From Caldisericota bacterium (GTDB lineage Bacteria > Caldisericota > Caldisericia > JAAYUI01): 64,000 bases of DNA. The stretch lies in the NCBI GenBank assembly GCA_029548865.1, contig JAKPMO010000028.1:1-64000 (forward strand), in the 5' to 3' direction. Positions 1-9,096 of this stretch are shown here, one piece after another. Within the stretch, counting starts at the first letter, position 1. Each line of letters opens with the position of its first letter. Under the pieces are notes generated by a model that saw only the letters and a program-made list of their open reading frames with translations, did no database searches and was not told the origin of the DNA. Both the position numbers and the translations under genes were made by a program.

Positions 1-2
1 TG

Positions 3-290
3 ACAGACAGCGTAAATGACAACTTAAATAATTCCTTCTCCTCTGGTAACGCAATCCTCTTCCTTAGACAACTTGGTGACAACAAATACGAACCAGTCCT
101 TCTCCTTGCCACAGAAGGCAAAGCCCAGGTTGTCACCTGTGCACCCTTCGAGGGTGAATACAAAGGATACTTTTTCCTCCAGGATGCAAGGATTAGTTTG
201 GAGAAAAGCGTATTTAATTTTGTTTTCCTCACCAGTAACCGTGTTTACCAATACGGCATCAAGCGTCCATTCAAGATCGTGTTTAAATGA
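3..290 (+). CDS. 3' end of a hypothetical protein (truncated by window start)
   Basis: Frame is open from base 3 to TGA at 288-290 (TDSVNDNLNN...KRPFKIVFK). Not in the ORF track; start presumably lies upstream of the window. Confidence 0.7.
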   Translation, partial: TDSVNDNLNNSFSSGNAILFLRQLGDNKYEPVLLLATEGKAQVVTCAPFEGEYKGYFFLQDARISLEKSVFNFVFLTSNRVYQYGIKRPFKIVFK

Positions 291-315
291 TTTTTCAAAG
301 GAGATAGAATAAAAA

Positions 316-465
316 ATGAAAAGAGCAGTAACTTACCCGATAATACTTGTCTTTGTCGCAATCGTTCTGGTAATACTCTTCAGGGCCATCGGCTATTTCA
401 TGTCGCCGGCAACACCGGACGGCCAGCCCCCGGCAATTGTCAGCCCGATAGAAAACCAGCCGTAA
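316..465 (+). CDS. Small single-TM membrane protein (49 aa)
   Basis: AAGGAG SD near 298-303, ATG at 316, MKRAVTYPIILVFVAIVLVILFRAIGYFMSPATPDGQPPAIVSPIENQP*. Below the ORF-track cutoff. Confidence 0.65.
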   Translation: MKRAVTYPIILVFVAIVLVILFRAIGYFMSPATPDGQPPAIVSPIENQP

Positions 466-576
466 GAATACCCTTGTGTAATCAATCTACGATCTTATTA
501 TAAACATAAGCCTGGAGCGACTCTTCAGGACAAATTGTTAAGAATTAATATCACCTAGTAAAAGCAACCTTTAAAC

Positions 577-604
577 TTGCCAAAATTTCCATAAGCGTTA
601 CATT
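577..604 (+). promoter_or_regulatory. Putative sigma70-type promoter for a leaderless transcript
   Basis: TTGCCA (577-582), 16 bp, TACATT (599-604); ATG at 611 with no SD. Confidence 0.5.
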
Positions 605-610
605 TGTGTC

Positions 611-2686
611 ATGGAAAAAAGAACAGTTATCGCATTGGCTGCGGTAAGTATTCTGCTTGCCTCTGCAATCGCATACGCACGACCTGCTTACTATGACCAA
701 TTAATAAAAACCTACCCCTCTATAAAAGGGAGCAGAATAGATTTCTGCCTCTGTCACGAGAGACACGGCGGTGGAGGGCCAAGAAATATGTTCGGCCAAG
801 ACTGGGCCAAGAGCGGCTACAATTTCAAGACAATCGAGCAAACGGACTCTGACGGAGACGGTTTTTCAAACATCAATGAAATCATCGCCCAGACAAACCC
901 TGGCGACCCGAATGATTTTCCAACCGACAAAGTTCCACCAATAATCGCAATAACCAGCCCAAAATTTGAAGAAGTGATCACCACCAACACCGTAAAAATA
1001 ACAGGAACCGCAACAGACAATGAGAGAATAAAAGAAATAAAGGTAAATCTTCAGGGAGATTTCAAGAAGGCAAATATCACTGCCACTGGCTGGGAAGCAG
1101 AATTTTTTGTAGAGAGAGGTGGCAGGAAGGTAGTAAAGGCAGTTGCCTGGGACATGGCGGGCAATTCGGCAGAGGCAACCGTTGAGTTTATTGTCAAACT
1201 TACAGACAAATCTCCACCAAAAATCGTTTTTCTGTTCCCATCCGAGGGCGTGACCGTCGACGGCCTGCCAATAGTCATCACTGGCACAGCAGATGATGAC
1301 AATGAAGTAACACTTGTGGAATATTCCATCGATGGTGGCAAAACATGGAACAAAGCGCAAGGAACATATAGCTGGACAGTACCGATACCACTTGCGCCAG
1401 AGGGCGAAATAAAAGTAATGGTCAGGGCAACTGATGATTCAGGGAATGTCAGCCAGATCTATACAAGAAGGTTTTATCTCAAATTTCCTGAAGTGCCAGC
1501 TCCAACAATATCCTATCCACAGGATGGGATGGTCCTGGACACAGGCACAGTAACTATTTCCGGAACAATCATGCCACCGGCAACCAGGGTTTCGGTAAGG
1601 GTTGACGGGGCGGTGAGTATGGACGCCAAGATAGAAGACAATTTCTGGACTACAGACATATCCGGGCTACCACCAGGCGAACACACAATCGAGGCTTGTT
1701 CATTTGACAAATACAACAGAAAATCCAAGGAATGCGTACAGGTAAAGTTTGTATTCAAGCTAAGAGACACAGAACCCCCAAGGGTGCAAATAGATTCACC
1801 GCCCGATAATGCAGAGGTCGAAATAGGGAAAATATCTATCACAGGCACCGCAAGCGACAATGGCGACATTGACAGGGTGGAGATTTCTTTTGATGGCACA
1901 AACTGGATGAGGGCCAAGGGCACCACAAAATGGTCTTACGACTATGTTGTCAATAAATCACAATTGTTGAGGGTGATGGCAAGGGCATTTGACAAGTCTG
2001 GGAATTTCACAAAAGAACCTGCCACTTCAACTGTCAGGGTCATGGGGCCCATGGAAGTGCAATTTGTTGGGCCAGATGCACAGATGCTTGGCGATGGGTT
2101 GCTGAAAATCACAGTGAAACTGACAAGGAGGCCAGACAGCACGCCAGAAATAAAAATGACCGGCTCAACGGAAACGATAAGCATTGAATCCAAAGACCAG
2201 CAAACATTCGAAATCAGCGCAATGCTTGGCGGGGGATCGTCCTATCTGTCGGTAAAAGCTGAAATGAAGGGCAAGATATATAATGCCACAAAACGGATAG
2301 ATTATGTTGTGACAGTCAAAATGGCCATTGGAAGCACGACCATGATTGTCAATGGAATGCAGAAATCAATACCAGCCGCTGCCACGATAATATCTGGCAG
2401 AACATATATTCCTTTCAGATCAATTGGCGAGGCACTGAGGGCAACTGTTGAATGGGATGACAAGCGGAAACAGGCCACATACAAGCTGGGCACAAATACA
2501 TATTACCTGACCCTTGGACAAACAAAGGCCTATGTTAACAAAACAGAGGTGAAACTTTCGTCGGCACCGCTTCTTGTCGGTGGAAGGCTGATGGTCCCGG
2601 TAAGGGCAATGGCAGAATTGATGGGTGCCAAAGTGGACTACGATGCCCCAACCAGGGTGGTAACTTTCGTGTTGCCCGCATTATAA
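611..2686 (+). CDS. Secreted surface protein: CxCH/DSDGDG N-terminal module, tandem Ig-like domains, C-terminal copper amine oxidase N-like (stalk) domain
   Basis: Signal peptide; FCLCH...GPRNxFG...DSDGDGFSNINEI; repeated D(x)xPPxI/VxIxSP..ITGTAxD Ig-like units; C-terminal GRTYIPFRSIGEALRATVEWD and GRLMVPVRAMAELMGAKVDYD. Confidence 0.8.
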   Translation: MEKRTVIALAAVSILLASAIAYARPAYYDQLIKTYPSIKGSRIDFCLCHERHGGGGPRNMFGQDWAKSGYNFKTIEQTDSDGDGFSNINEIIAQTNPGDPNDFPTDKVPPIIAITSPKFEEVITTNTVKITGTATDNERIKEIKVNLQGDFKKANITATGWEAEFFVERGGRKVVKAVAWDMAGNSAEATVEFIVKLTDKSPPKIVFLFPSEGVTVDGLPIVITGTADDDNEVTLVEYSIDGGKTWNKAQGTYSWTVPIPLAPEGEIKVMVRATDDSGNVSQIYTRRFYLKFPEVPAPTISYPQDGMVLDTGTVTISGTIMPPATRVSVRVDGAVSMDAKIEDNFWTTDISGLPPGEHTIEACSFDKYNRKSKECVQVKFVFKLRDTEPPRVQIDSPPDNAEVEIGKISITGTASDNGDIDRVEISFDGTNWMRAKGTTKWSYDYVVNKSQLLRVMARAFDKSGNFTKEPATSTVRVMGPMEVQFVGPDAQMLGDGLLKITVKLTRRPDSTPEIKMTGSTETISIESKDQQTFEISAMLGGGSSYLSVKAEMKGKIYNATKRIDYVVTVKMAIGSTTMIVNGMQKSIPAAATIISGRTYIPFRSIGEALRATVEWDDKRKQATYKLGTNTYYLTLGQTKAYVNKTEVKLSSAPLLVGGRLMVPVRAMAELMGAKVDYDAPTRVVTFVLPAL

Positions 2687-2751
2687 CTTTTTTTCACAAG
2701 TTGTCGTATATTGGTTATATGATACTAAAAAAACACTAGGAGGTGTTTTAG

Positions 2752-3336
2752 ATGATGATAGTTTGGGGTTTTGTGATGTTCGCCCTTCTTATTGGCTTCC
2801 CATTCTTTGTACTCGTGGTTGCCAAAAAACAGGAAGGCTGGATGAAATATGCTGGATGGATACTTGCAGGTCTTTTCACACTTTTCCTTCTTGTAAGCAG
2901 TGTTTTTGTCATTGCTAGAATAGGCAATGGCGGCTGCGCCGGTGGCAGGATGGGTTGCCAGATGATGGGCGGACAAGGAATGATGATGGGAAGAGGCGGC
3001 ATGTGCGGCGGCAATGGTATGTGCAATGGCCAGAACCCAGCAAATTGCACCGGTAGTTGTCCAACAATGGGTAAAAATGGAACTGGATGGAACAAGCTCG
3101 GGATTGATGGAAATGGAAGAAACACATGCGAAGACCAGGGCCCAAGAATGATGATAAAGATGCTCGACAATGAACCCTTCCAGGATGAAAAGAACATGGA
3201 TTCCTTTATCGAAAATCTGAGGAAAGACCAGAAGGTGTTTGACCAGTTCAAGACCAAAATCAATGCTCCAGCTCCAAAGAAGGAAACCACTACCAAGACA
3301 CCAACAACACCCACTCCAACACCGAAAAACCCCTGA
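2752..3336 (+). CDS. Membrane protein with 2 TM helices and a Cys/Met/Gly-rich segment
   Basis: AGGAGG SD; two hydrophobic helices; low-complexity C/G/M region; Thr/Pro-rich tail. Confidence 0.75.
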   Translation: MMIVWGFVMFALLIGFPFFVLVVAKKQEGWMKYAGWILAGLFTLFLLVSSVFVIARIGNGGCAGGRMGCQMMGGQGMMMGRGGMCGGNGMCNGQNPANCTGSCPTMGKNGTGWNKLGIDGNGRNTCEDQGPRMMIKMLDNEPFQDEKNMDSFIENLRKDQKVFDQFKTKINAPAPKKETTTKTPTTPTPTPKNP

Positions 3337-3360
3337 TCACTGAAATAAAACACTAGAAAT

Positions 3361-3393
3361 AAAAAAAAGGCCACTTAAAGTGGCCTTTTTTTT
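3361..3393. terminator. Bidirectional intrinsic terminator
   Basis: A8, GGCCACT/AGTGGCC stem, T8, between convergent genes. Confidence 0.9.
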
Positions 3394-3410
3394 ATTGGAT
3401 CAGACAGTTA

Positions 3411-4973
3411 TCAATTTACTGCACTTTTCGCAAACTCATTGTAATCATCTACAGGTTTATTCTTCACATTGTCAAGCAATTCCTTTGGAGTTGGTTTTGT
3501 GGCCAGACTGACTGCTATTATGACAATGACCGAGAGCAAAACTCCAAAAGCGATGTAATTGTAGCCAAACGACTGCTTGAAGGGACCAGGCAGGTAATCA
3601 ATGGCATTTGCAATTTTATATTCGAGGAAGTATCCACCAACAGTCCCCACAAAACCAACTACCGATGATGTAATGATCGCCGGGAGTGTCGTTCTCTTCC
3701 AGAAAATAAACATCACCTGGACCGCAATTGAGGCCGATAGCACACCAGACGAGATGTAATAGACATCATTCAGGGATTCGCTTATAAATGAAAGTAACAA
3801 TGCAACCATAATGACAACGGCCGATACAATTTTCGACATATTTGTACGAACAACATCGGCAACTTTTTTCCTGGCAAGTATTGGATCAATGATGTCATAT
3901 GCTATTGGCATCGCCGAAACATTTGCAAACGTATCAATTGTTGACATCTGTGAAGCCAGGATTCCAACAACCATAAATGCCGCGAGCCAGACAGGGAGTT
4001 TACCAATGAAAGCTGAAATAATGCCAAGGGCATTTGGCCCGATTGCCGCATTTACTCCAGCTGCATCTGGGGGATAAACAACGAGCGAGCAAAAAGCAAC
4101 AATTGCTGGAAGTATGATGACAAACACTCCTATCAGAAGGAAACCAAGCCAGGCAGCTTTTCTGGCATCTTTAGTACTTTTTGCAGCCTGCATCCTGATA
4201 GAGAGGTCTTGTTCAATGAGCCAGCCTGGCAAATAGCCAATCAAGAGTATCAGAGGGAATAACCACCCCAAAAACCCCAGATTAAAAGTATTCCCAGGAC
4301 CAGCCCATGGTGTAGCTGTATTCACTAATGCAGAAATAACATTACCACCTGTAACATTAACAGCAGAAACGATTGCCGTGACAGCCAGGATTATCATGAA
4401 TACAGCCATAATCGAGAACTGATACACATCCGTAGTTACAACTGCCCTGAACCCTCCAAGATAAGTGTAGATCACTACAGGTATGGCTACTAAAAGCATG
4501 CACAGTTTAGGATCTATACCAAGGAAAGGTGAAAGAAGGGTACCTGCCATGAAAATCTCTGCTTCTGTCCAGATGATGAACACAAAAAATGAAAATACTG
4601 CAAGTAAAGGTCTAGCACTTTTGCCAAAGCGTTTTTCAATCATTTGTGGGAGACTGACTGCACCAATTTTCCTGTACAGTGGCGCTGCCAGGATAATAAT
4701 GATGCACAAAATAAACCAAGGAATTGGAAGTATCCACAATCCTGTTGCGCCATACATGTAAACCTGGGACATTCCAAAACCAATCCATCCAAGCATCAAC
4801 CATCCGGCAGTCAAGGAAGCTGCAAGCCACCATGATGGTAATTGACGTTGGGCAATCCAAAACTCGAGTTGGGAAAGACCCTTCTTTTTGTAATTCCTAG
4901 CTATCATATAGCCAATCCATATCATCGCAGCACAATACAATAAAGTAGCAACCCAGAACCATACTGAATCCAT
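3411..4973 (-). CDS. Sodium:solute symporter (SSS family)
   Basis: Many TM helices with family motifs SLPQMIEKRFG, YTYLGGFRAVVTTDVYQF, ASQMSTIDT. Start taken at MDSVW after a GGGGAG SD. Confidence 0.9.
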   Translation of the reverse strand: MDSVWFWVATLLYCAAMIWIGYMIARNYKKKGLSQLEFWIAQRQLPSWWLAASLTAGWLMLGWIGFGMSQVYMYGATGLWILPIPWFILCIIIILAAPLYRKIGAVSLPQMIEKRFGKSARPLLAVFSFFVFIIWTEAEIFMAGTLLSPFLGIDPKLCMLLVAIPVVIYTYLGGFRAVVTTDVYQFSIMAVFMIILAVTAIVSAVNVTGGNVISALVNTATPWAGPGNTFNLGFLGWLFPLILLIGYLPGWLIEQDLSIRMQAAKSTKDARKAAWLGFLLIGVFVIILPAIVAFCSLVVYPPDAAGVNAAIGPNALGIISAFIGKLPVWLAAFMVVGILASQMSTIDTFANVSAMPIAYDIIDPILARKKVADVVRTNMSKIVSAVVIMVALLLSFISESLNDVYYISSGVLSASIAVQVMFIFWKRTTLPAIITSSVVGFVGTVGGYFLEYKIANAIDYLPGPFKQSFGYNYIAFGVLLSVIVIIAVSLATKPTPKELLDNVKNKPVDDYNEFAKSAVN

Positions 4974-5173
4974 TTTCCACTCCCCTTTTTGGCCACAATA
5001 TATTTGATTTGATGGCAAAATTCACAAATGCCACAAAACCTTTGTGGCAACAAGTTTTGATAGAAGTATATCAAATAGTGCTTATTTTGACAATATGCGC
5101 TTATTTATTCCAATTTTTTAAGAAAGAGAGTTTATTAAAAATATAACAATATCAATAATTCATATGATAAATT

Positions 5174-5209
5174 AACAAAGGCCGGCCCCTTCAGGCCGGC
5201 CTTTGTTTT
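5174..5209. terminator. Intrinsic terminator hairpin
   Basis: AACAAAGGCCGGCC/GGCCGGCCTTTGTT inverted repeat just downstream of the 5233-7875 gene. Confidence 0.8.
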
Positions 5210-5232
5210 GACCATACAAAACTCAGACTATC

Positions 5233-7875
5233 CTACCACTGCGCCTCTGGTACAATGCCCTTCTCAACATCAAGGCCAAACCCGAGAGACTTTGCCGGGT
5301 TGCCCGGCTGTGTCACTTCGCGCCAGACAGAATTATTTGCTGGAACTGGCCAGCCATCTGGAACATTCGGTTCGAGTGTTCTTGTGTAGGTGTCGTTGCC
5401 ACCCTTGTCTATCATGAGCCCCAGCGTCCATTCCTCATACCTGTAGTTGTCCGGAACAGCGCCGGTTCTCATCAGGCAATAGCCGAGAGTCGATGAATTG
5501 ACCAGATCGTATTTGTCATCACCAGCCATGTCAACGTGGAGCCCAAGTGAATTCGTGATTGCGGCGCCGATCAAAACGCCACCTGATGTTTTCTGGCCGT
5601 TTTCTTCCTCATAACACAAATAATTGTCGTTGCCTTCCTTGTCTATGAACCATGAGACCGAGAAATCATGCGCACCACCTTGGGAAATGGCCTTCCACAC
5701 CTTGTAGGTGTCATTTCCGCTGTCATCAACTAATTCGGTCAGGCCCATGTGTGCAGTTCCGCTCTGGACAAAGAAGCTACCTTCATAATGATCATCACCC
5801 TCGAGGTCATTGAGGATACCAGTGCCAAACCAGTAGCCAGTTGCCTGGCCATAAACACCGCACTCGTACCAGTCATTACCAGTCACGTCAACTAGAACGC
5901 CTACTCCACCACCCCAGCCGTGGCCGTCAGACATATCGCCCCTTCTTCCCCATCCAGCACCCTGGACAAAGCTGTAGTTGCGGTTGTTGTCGTGGCCACC
6001 TGTTGCCGGATTGATGAGATTGTCTTTCGGGTTGGATTTGCCTGGCTCGCCAACATACTTGTCGTCACCATCTGTGTCAACAAGAACGCCGCACCCGCCA
6101 GAAAAACCGAATGCCTGGCCAACCTGGAAGCAGTAGTAGGAGTCGTTTCCACCGATATTGACAAGGTTTCCGACACCAAAGCTGGCCGCGCCCTGGTTCA
6201 TGTTCCTTCCGGAGAAAGAATCATTGCCACTCTCGTCCCAGAGAAGGCCGATGCCAAAGAAACACCCGCCCTGGGAATTGTCATAGGATTTGTAGGTGTC
6301 ATTGCCTTCGTGGTCAGTCACAAAACCATAGCCAAGCATTCCAAAACCCTGTGAACACGGATCATCTTTGGTCGAGGTGTATTTGTCACTGCCCTTCCAG
6401 TCGATAATTGATGCGGCTGGCCTTCCAGGAAGAGTACCACCAGCAGGGCCAGTGTAGGTGTCGTTGCCATTGTAATCCACAATTGCAAAATACTTGTTGC
6501 CATCGTAGGTGTTGTCATCCTGGCCACCATTGAAAGCGAAAAGCCCGAATGGTGTTTCAAGCTCAAACTTGTATTTTGTGATGTTCATGATCGGGCCAAG
6601 AAGCTCCCTGCCCTGGTCATCTTTTTTGCCTTCGTCTCTTGGTTCGTTCAGGAACTGTTTCATCTTTATCGTGGACATCACAAGCGGCATTCCACCATAA
6701 TAAAGGTCGTTGAAATCAAAATCGTGCGCGATGTCGTCCTGGAGCTGTGTTGCGTCCTCTGGGAACGTTTTGTTCAGCATGTCCACGAGTTCCTTACTCC
6801 GGTAGTCCCTGTCGGAGAGGAACTGGTACCTGCCAAGATTATAGAGGTCATTAAAGCGCTCTTTTGGGAGCTTGCGCAGGGCAAGCTTCTGGTACTTTGC
6901 GGCATACAGGTGAGAAAGCATGTATTCCGCAACCAGTTTTTGGAGCTTTAACGGGACATCTTTTAGCTGTTCAACAGATTTTTTTATGACTGTATCAATG
7001 TCATCATACCCAATCGTAAATTGTTTGGTTTGCGCATTATAGTTTACATCCGTGATTCCAATTGATTCGGTAAACATCCTGACAGGAACAACCACAGATC
7101 CTTTATAGAGCGTCGGGGATGTTGAACCTGTTTTCTTCTCCCCATTTACAGTATACCCAGGCTTGCCTAGTGTCATTTCTACAACTATGTTGCCTTTTGT
7201 GAGCTTTATGTCCGGTTTGTTATAGACAAGCTCAAAACCAAAGATTTCTGATAATGATCTGAGGGGAAGGAAAGTGGAGCCTTTAATAATTGCGGCCTCG
7301 ACAGACATCTCTTTCTTTTGGCCATTGACAAGGACTTCCTTGCTTCCAATTGTGAGGACTATTATAGATTTTGTGCTCATTCTTGCCCCGCCAAGTGGTT
7401 CAAACTTATACATTTCTCTTAGAGCAGAACCAATCGGGTCTTTCTCGTCAACCTGCATGGTCGGGATGTAGGCAGGGAAACCACCTGCAAGGTAGCCAGT
7501 CCTCACCTCGGAGCTCAGGAGGATATTGTAGATTCCAAGGCCATTTCTTGGATCGTTCCAGTTTCTGGACAGATCAGTTGTTACCCTTTTTACAAAGCGC
7601 GGGAAATAGTACGGATCTTCCCAGCACTGTACAAAATGCGGGGCTATTATCCCGGAACAACTCCTCTTGATGAGGTTGTCAATCGTCTCTCTGGAAGTGT
7701 GCGTATCCTCCCTTGTGACGTTCTGTTTGGAGAGTGCATATCCAATCAAATCAGTGGTATCCGTGATTTCTTTGTCTATTGGATAAGGCATCATGCCAAT
7801 TGGTGGTTCTTCAGCTTTAACAAAAGATGGCGCCACAAGTGCTAGCGCAAGGAAAAAAACCAGCAGTCTTTTCAT
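5233..7875 (-). CDS. Large secreted protein with internal stalk domain and about 10 Gly/Asp-rich (DxxG[ND]DxY) repeats
   Basis: GGAGG SD, signal peptide MKRLLVFF; STFLPLRSLSEIFG/VVVPVRMFTESIG stalk motifs; C-terminal GxGxLxDxxGNDxY...QG repeats. Confidence 0.8.
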   Translation of the reverse strand: MKRLLVFFLALALVAPSFVKAEEPPIGMMPYPIDKEITDTTDLIGYALSKQNVTREDTHTSRETIDNLIKRSCSGIIAPHFVQCWEDPYYFPRFVKRVTTDLSRNWNDPRNGLGIYNILLSSEVRTGYLAGGFPAYIPTMQVDEKDPIGSALREMYKFEPLGGARMSTKSIIVLTIGSKEVLVNGQKKEMSVEAAIIKGSTFLPLRSLSEIFGFELVYNKPDIKLTKGNIVVEMTLGKPGYTVNGEKKTGSTSPTLYKGSVVVPVRMFTESIGITDVNYNAQTKQFTIGYDDIDTVIKKSVEQLKDVPLKLQKLVAEYMLSHLYAAKYQKLALRKLPKERFNDLYNLGRYQFLSDRDYRSKELVDMLNKTFPEDATQLQDDIAHDFDFNDLYYGGMPLVMSTIKMKQFLNEPRDEGKKDDQGRELLGPIMNITKYKFELETPFGLFAFNGGQDDNTYDGNKYFAIVDYNGNDTYTGPAGGTLPGRPAASIIDWKGSDKYTSTKDDPCSQGFGMLGYGFVTDHEGNDTYKSYDNSQGGCFFGIGLLWDESGNDSFSGRNMNQGAASFGVGNLVNIGGNDSYYCFQVGQAFGFSGGCGVLVDTDGDDKYVGEPGKSNPKDNLINPATGGHDNNRNYSFVQGAGWGRRGDMSDGHGWGGGVGVLVDVTGNDWYECGVYGQATGYWFGTGILNDLEGDDHYEGSFFVQSGTAHMGLTELVDDSGNDTYKVWKAISQGGAHDFSVSWFIDKEGNDNYLCYEEENGQKTSGGVLIGAAITNSLGLHVDMAGDDKYDLVNSSTLGYCLMRTGAVPDNYRYEEWTLGLMIDKGGNDTYTRTLEPNVPDGWPVPANNSVWREVTQPGNPAKSLGFGLDVEKGIVPEAQW

Positions 7876-7992
7876 TTGTCCTCCTGACATTTTATGGATT
7901 GATATTAGCACTTGTTGCCGCCCCGTGTAAAGCTCCCTGATTTGTCGAAAAGTTGCATTTTTTTGCAAATAAAGTAAATTCTATCCTTAACC

Positions 7993-8403
7993 ATGAACAA
8001 GACAGAACTGGTAGTGCCTTCACAGGAAGAGCTCATAGCGCTTGGAAGGTGGTGGGGCGAGGGCATGGAGGGCAACGAGGTCTACGCCCTCAAGGGCCCG
8101 CTCGGCGCCGGAAAAACCACTCTGGTAAAGGGTATTGCCCTGGGTCTTGGGATCACCGACAACATCGTTTCACCAACATTCGTCCTCGTCATGGAATACA
8201 AGGGCAGGCACACCCTCTACCATTTTGACTGGTACAGGATAGAAACCGAAAAAGAAGTTGTGGACCTCGGCTACTATGATTATCTGGAAAAACCGGGTGT
8301 AAAAGTCATCGAGTGGCCAGACAAATTTATTGACCTGATACCAGAAAATGCCAAGTGGATAACCATCGAGGTAGACGGTTCAAACAGGATTGTAAGATGG
8401 TAA
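7993..8403 (+). CDS. tsaE: tRNA threonylcarbamoyladenosine biosynthesis ATPase TsaE
   Basis: GPLGAGKTT P-loop, VSPTF, HFDWYR and IEWP motifs. Confidence 0.95.
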   Translation: MNKTELVVPSQEELIALGRWWGEGMEGNEVYALKGPLGAGKTTLVKGIALGLGITDNIVSPTFVLVMEYKGRHTLYHFDWYRIETEKEVVDLGYYDYLEKPGVKVIEWPDKFIDLIPENAKWITIEVDGSNRIVRW

Positions 8404-8612
8404 CTTATGAGCTCATTATTGACGAACCAGACATCTGGTTCGTCCAAAGTGTCCTGGATACCGCAGATAACATCTGCATCGTCGACAAAACTAACATGGT
8501 TGGTCCAAAAGGACACATGAAAGTGATGTTCTCCGAGGAAGCCGAAAAAGATTTCCTTTATCTTGTAGAAAAACTCTGGCAAGGCTCTTCTTTCACTTAT
8601 GGACGCATTTAA
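8397..8612 (+). CDS. Small hypothetical protein (possibly DUF4911-like)
   Basis: Fills the gap and overlaps both tsaE and yqeG; MVTYELIIDEPDIWFVQSVLD. Confidence 0.6.
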   Translation: MVTYELIIDEPDIWFVQSVLDTADNICIVDKTNMVGPKGHMKVMFSEEAEKDFLYLVEKLWQGSSFTYGRI

Positions 8613-9096
8613 ACCAAAAGCATACTTCAAAAGGGTGTCCCAGATACCCTTTTCGCTTCTCATGTCCTGGGGAATAAAAGCTGTTTTTTTGGACACCGAT
8701 AACACCCTCGCACCCAGGGATTCTGATGCTTTCGTAAAAGATGCACTTGCCTGGGTTGAGGCATGCAAAAGGGCAGGTTTCCTGCTTTGTATTGTTTCAA
8801 ACGGCAGGCCAGGACGGGTCAGAAGGGCATCGGAAAAACTGGGAATCCCTTTTGTCAATCCGGCCCTAAAACCACTTTCCTATGGATTCAAAAAAGCTGC
8901 CCGTATGATGAGAGTCCATTCAAAACAGTGCGTAATGGTGGGCGATCAGATTTTCACAGATATCTGGGGCGGAAACAACGCCGGGATGAAAACCATTCTT
9001 GTCGAGCCGGTCGACCCGAAATCAGACGGCCTCTGGACAAAATGGATCAGGAAGCTTGAGAAGCGGCATCTCGGGTTTTCTCCCGAAGGCCTATGA
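8599..9096 (+). CDS. yqeG: YqeG-family HAD IIIA phosphatase
   Basis: DTDNTL, VSN, KP and GDQIFTDI motifs. Confidence 0.9.
   Translation: MDAFKPKAYFKRVSQIPFSLLMSWGIKAVFLDTDNTLAPRDSDAFVKDALAWVEACKRAGFLLCIVSNGRPGRVRRASEKLGIPFVNPALKPLSYGFKKAARMMRVHSKQCVMVGDQIFTDIWGGNNAGMKTILVEPVDPKSDGLWTKWIRKLEKRHLGFSPEGL

Noticed and set aside
3280..3333. ACACC/ACC-rich repeat-like DNA
   Set aside because: Explained by the Thr/Pro low-complexity protein tail.
2748..3374. 208-aa minus-strand ORF
   Set aside because: Mirror of 2752-3336, which has the SD and terminator.
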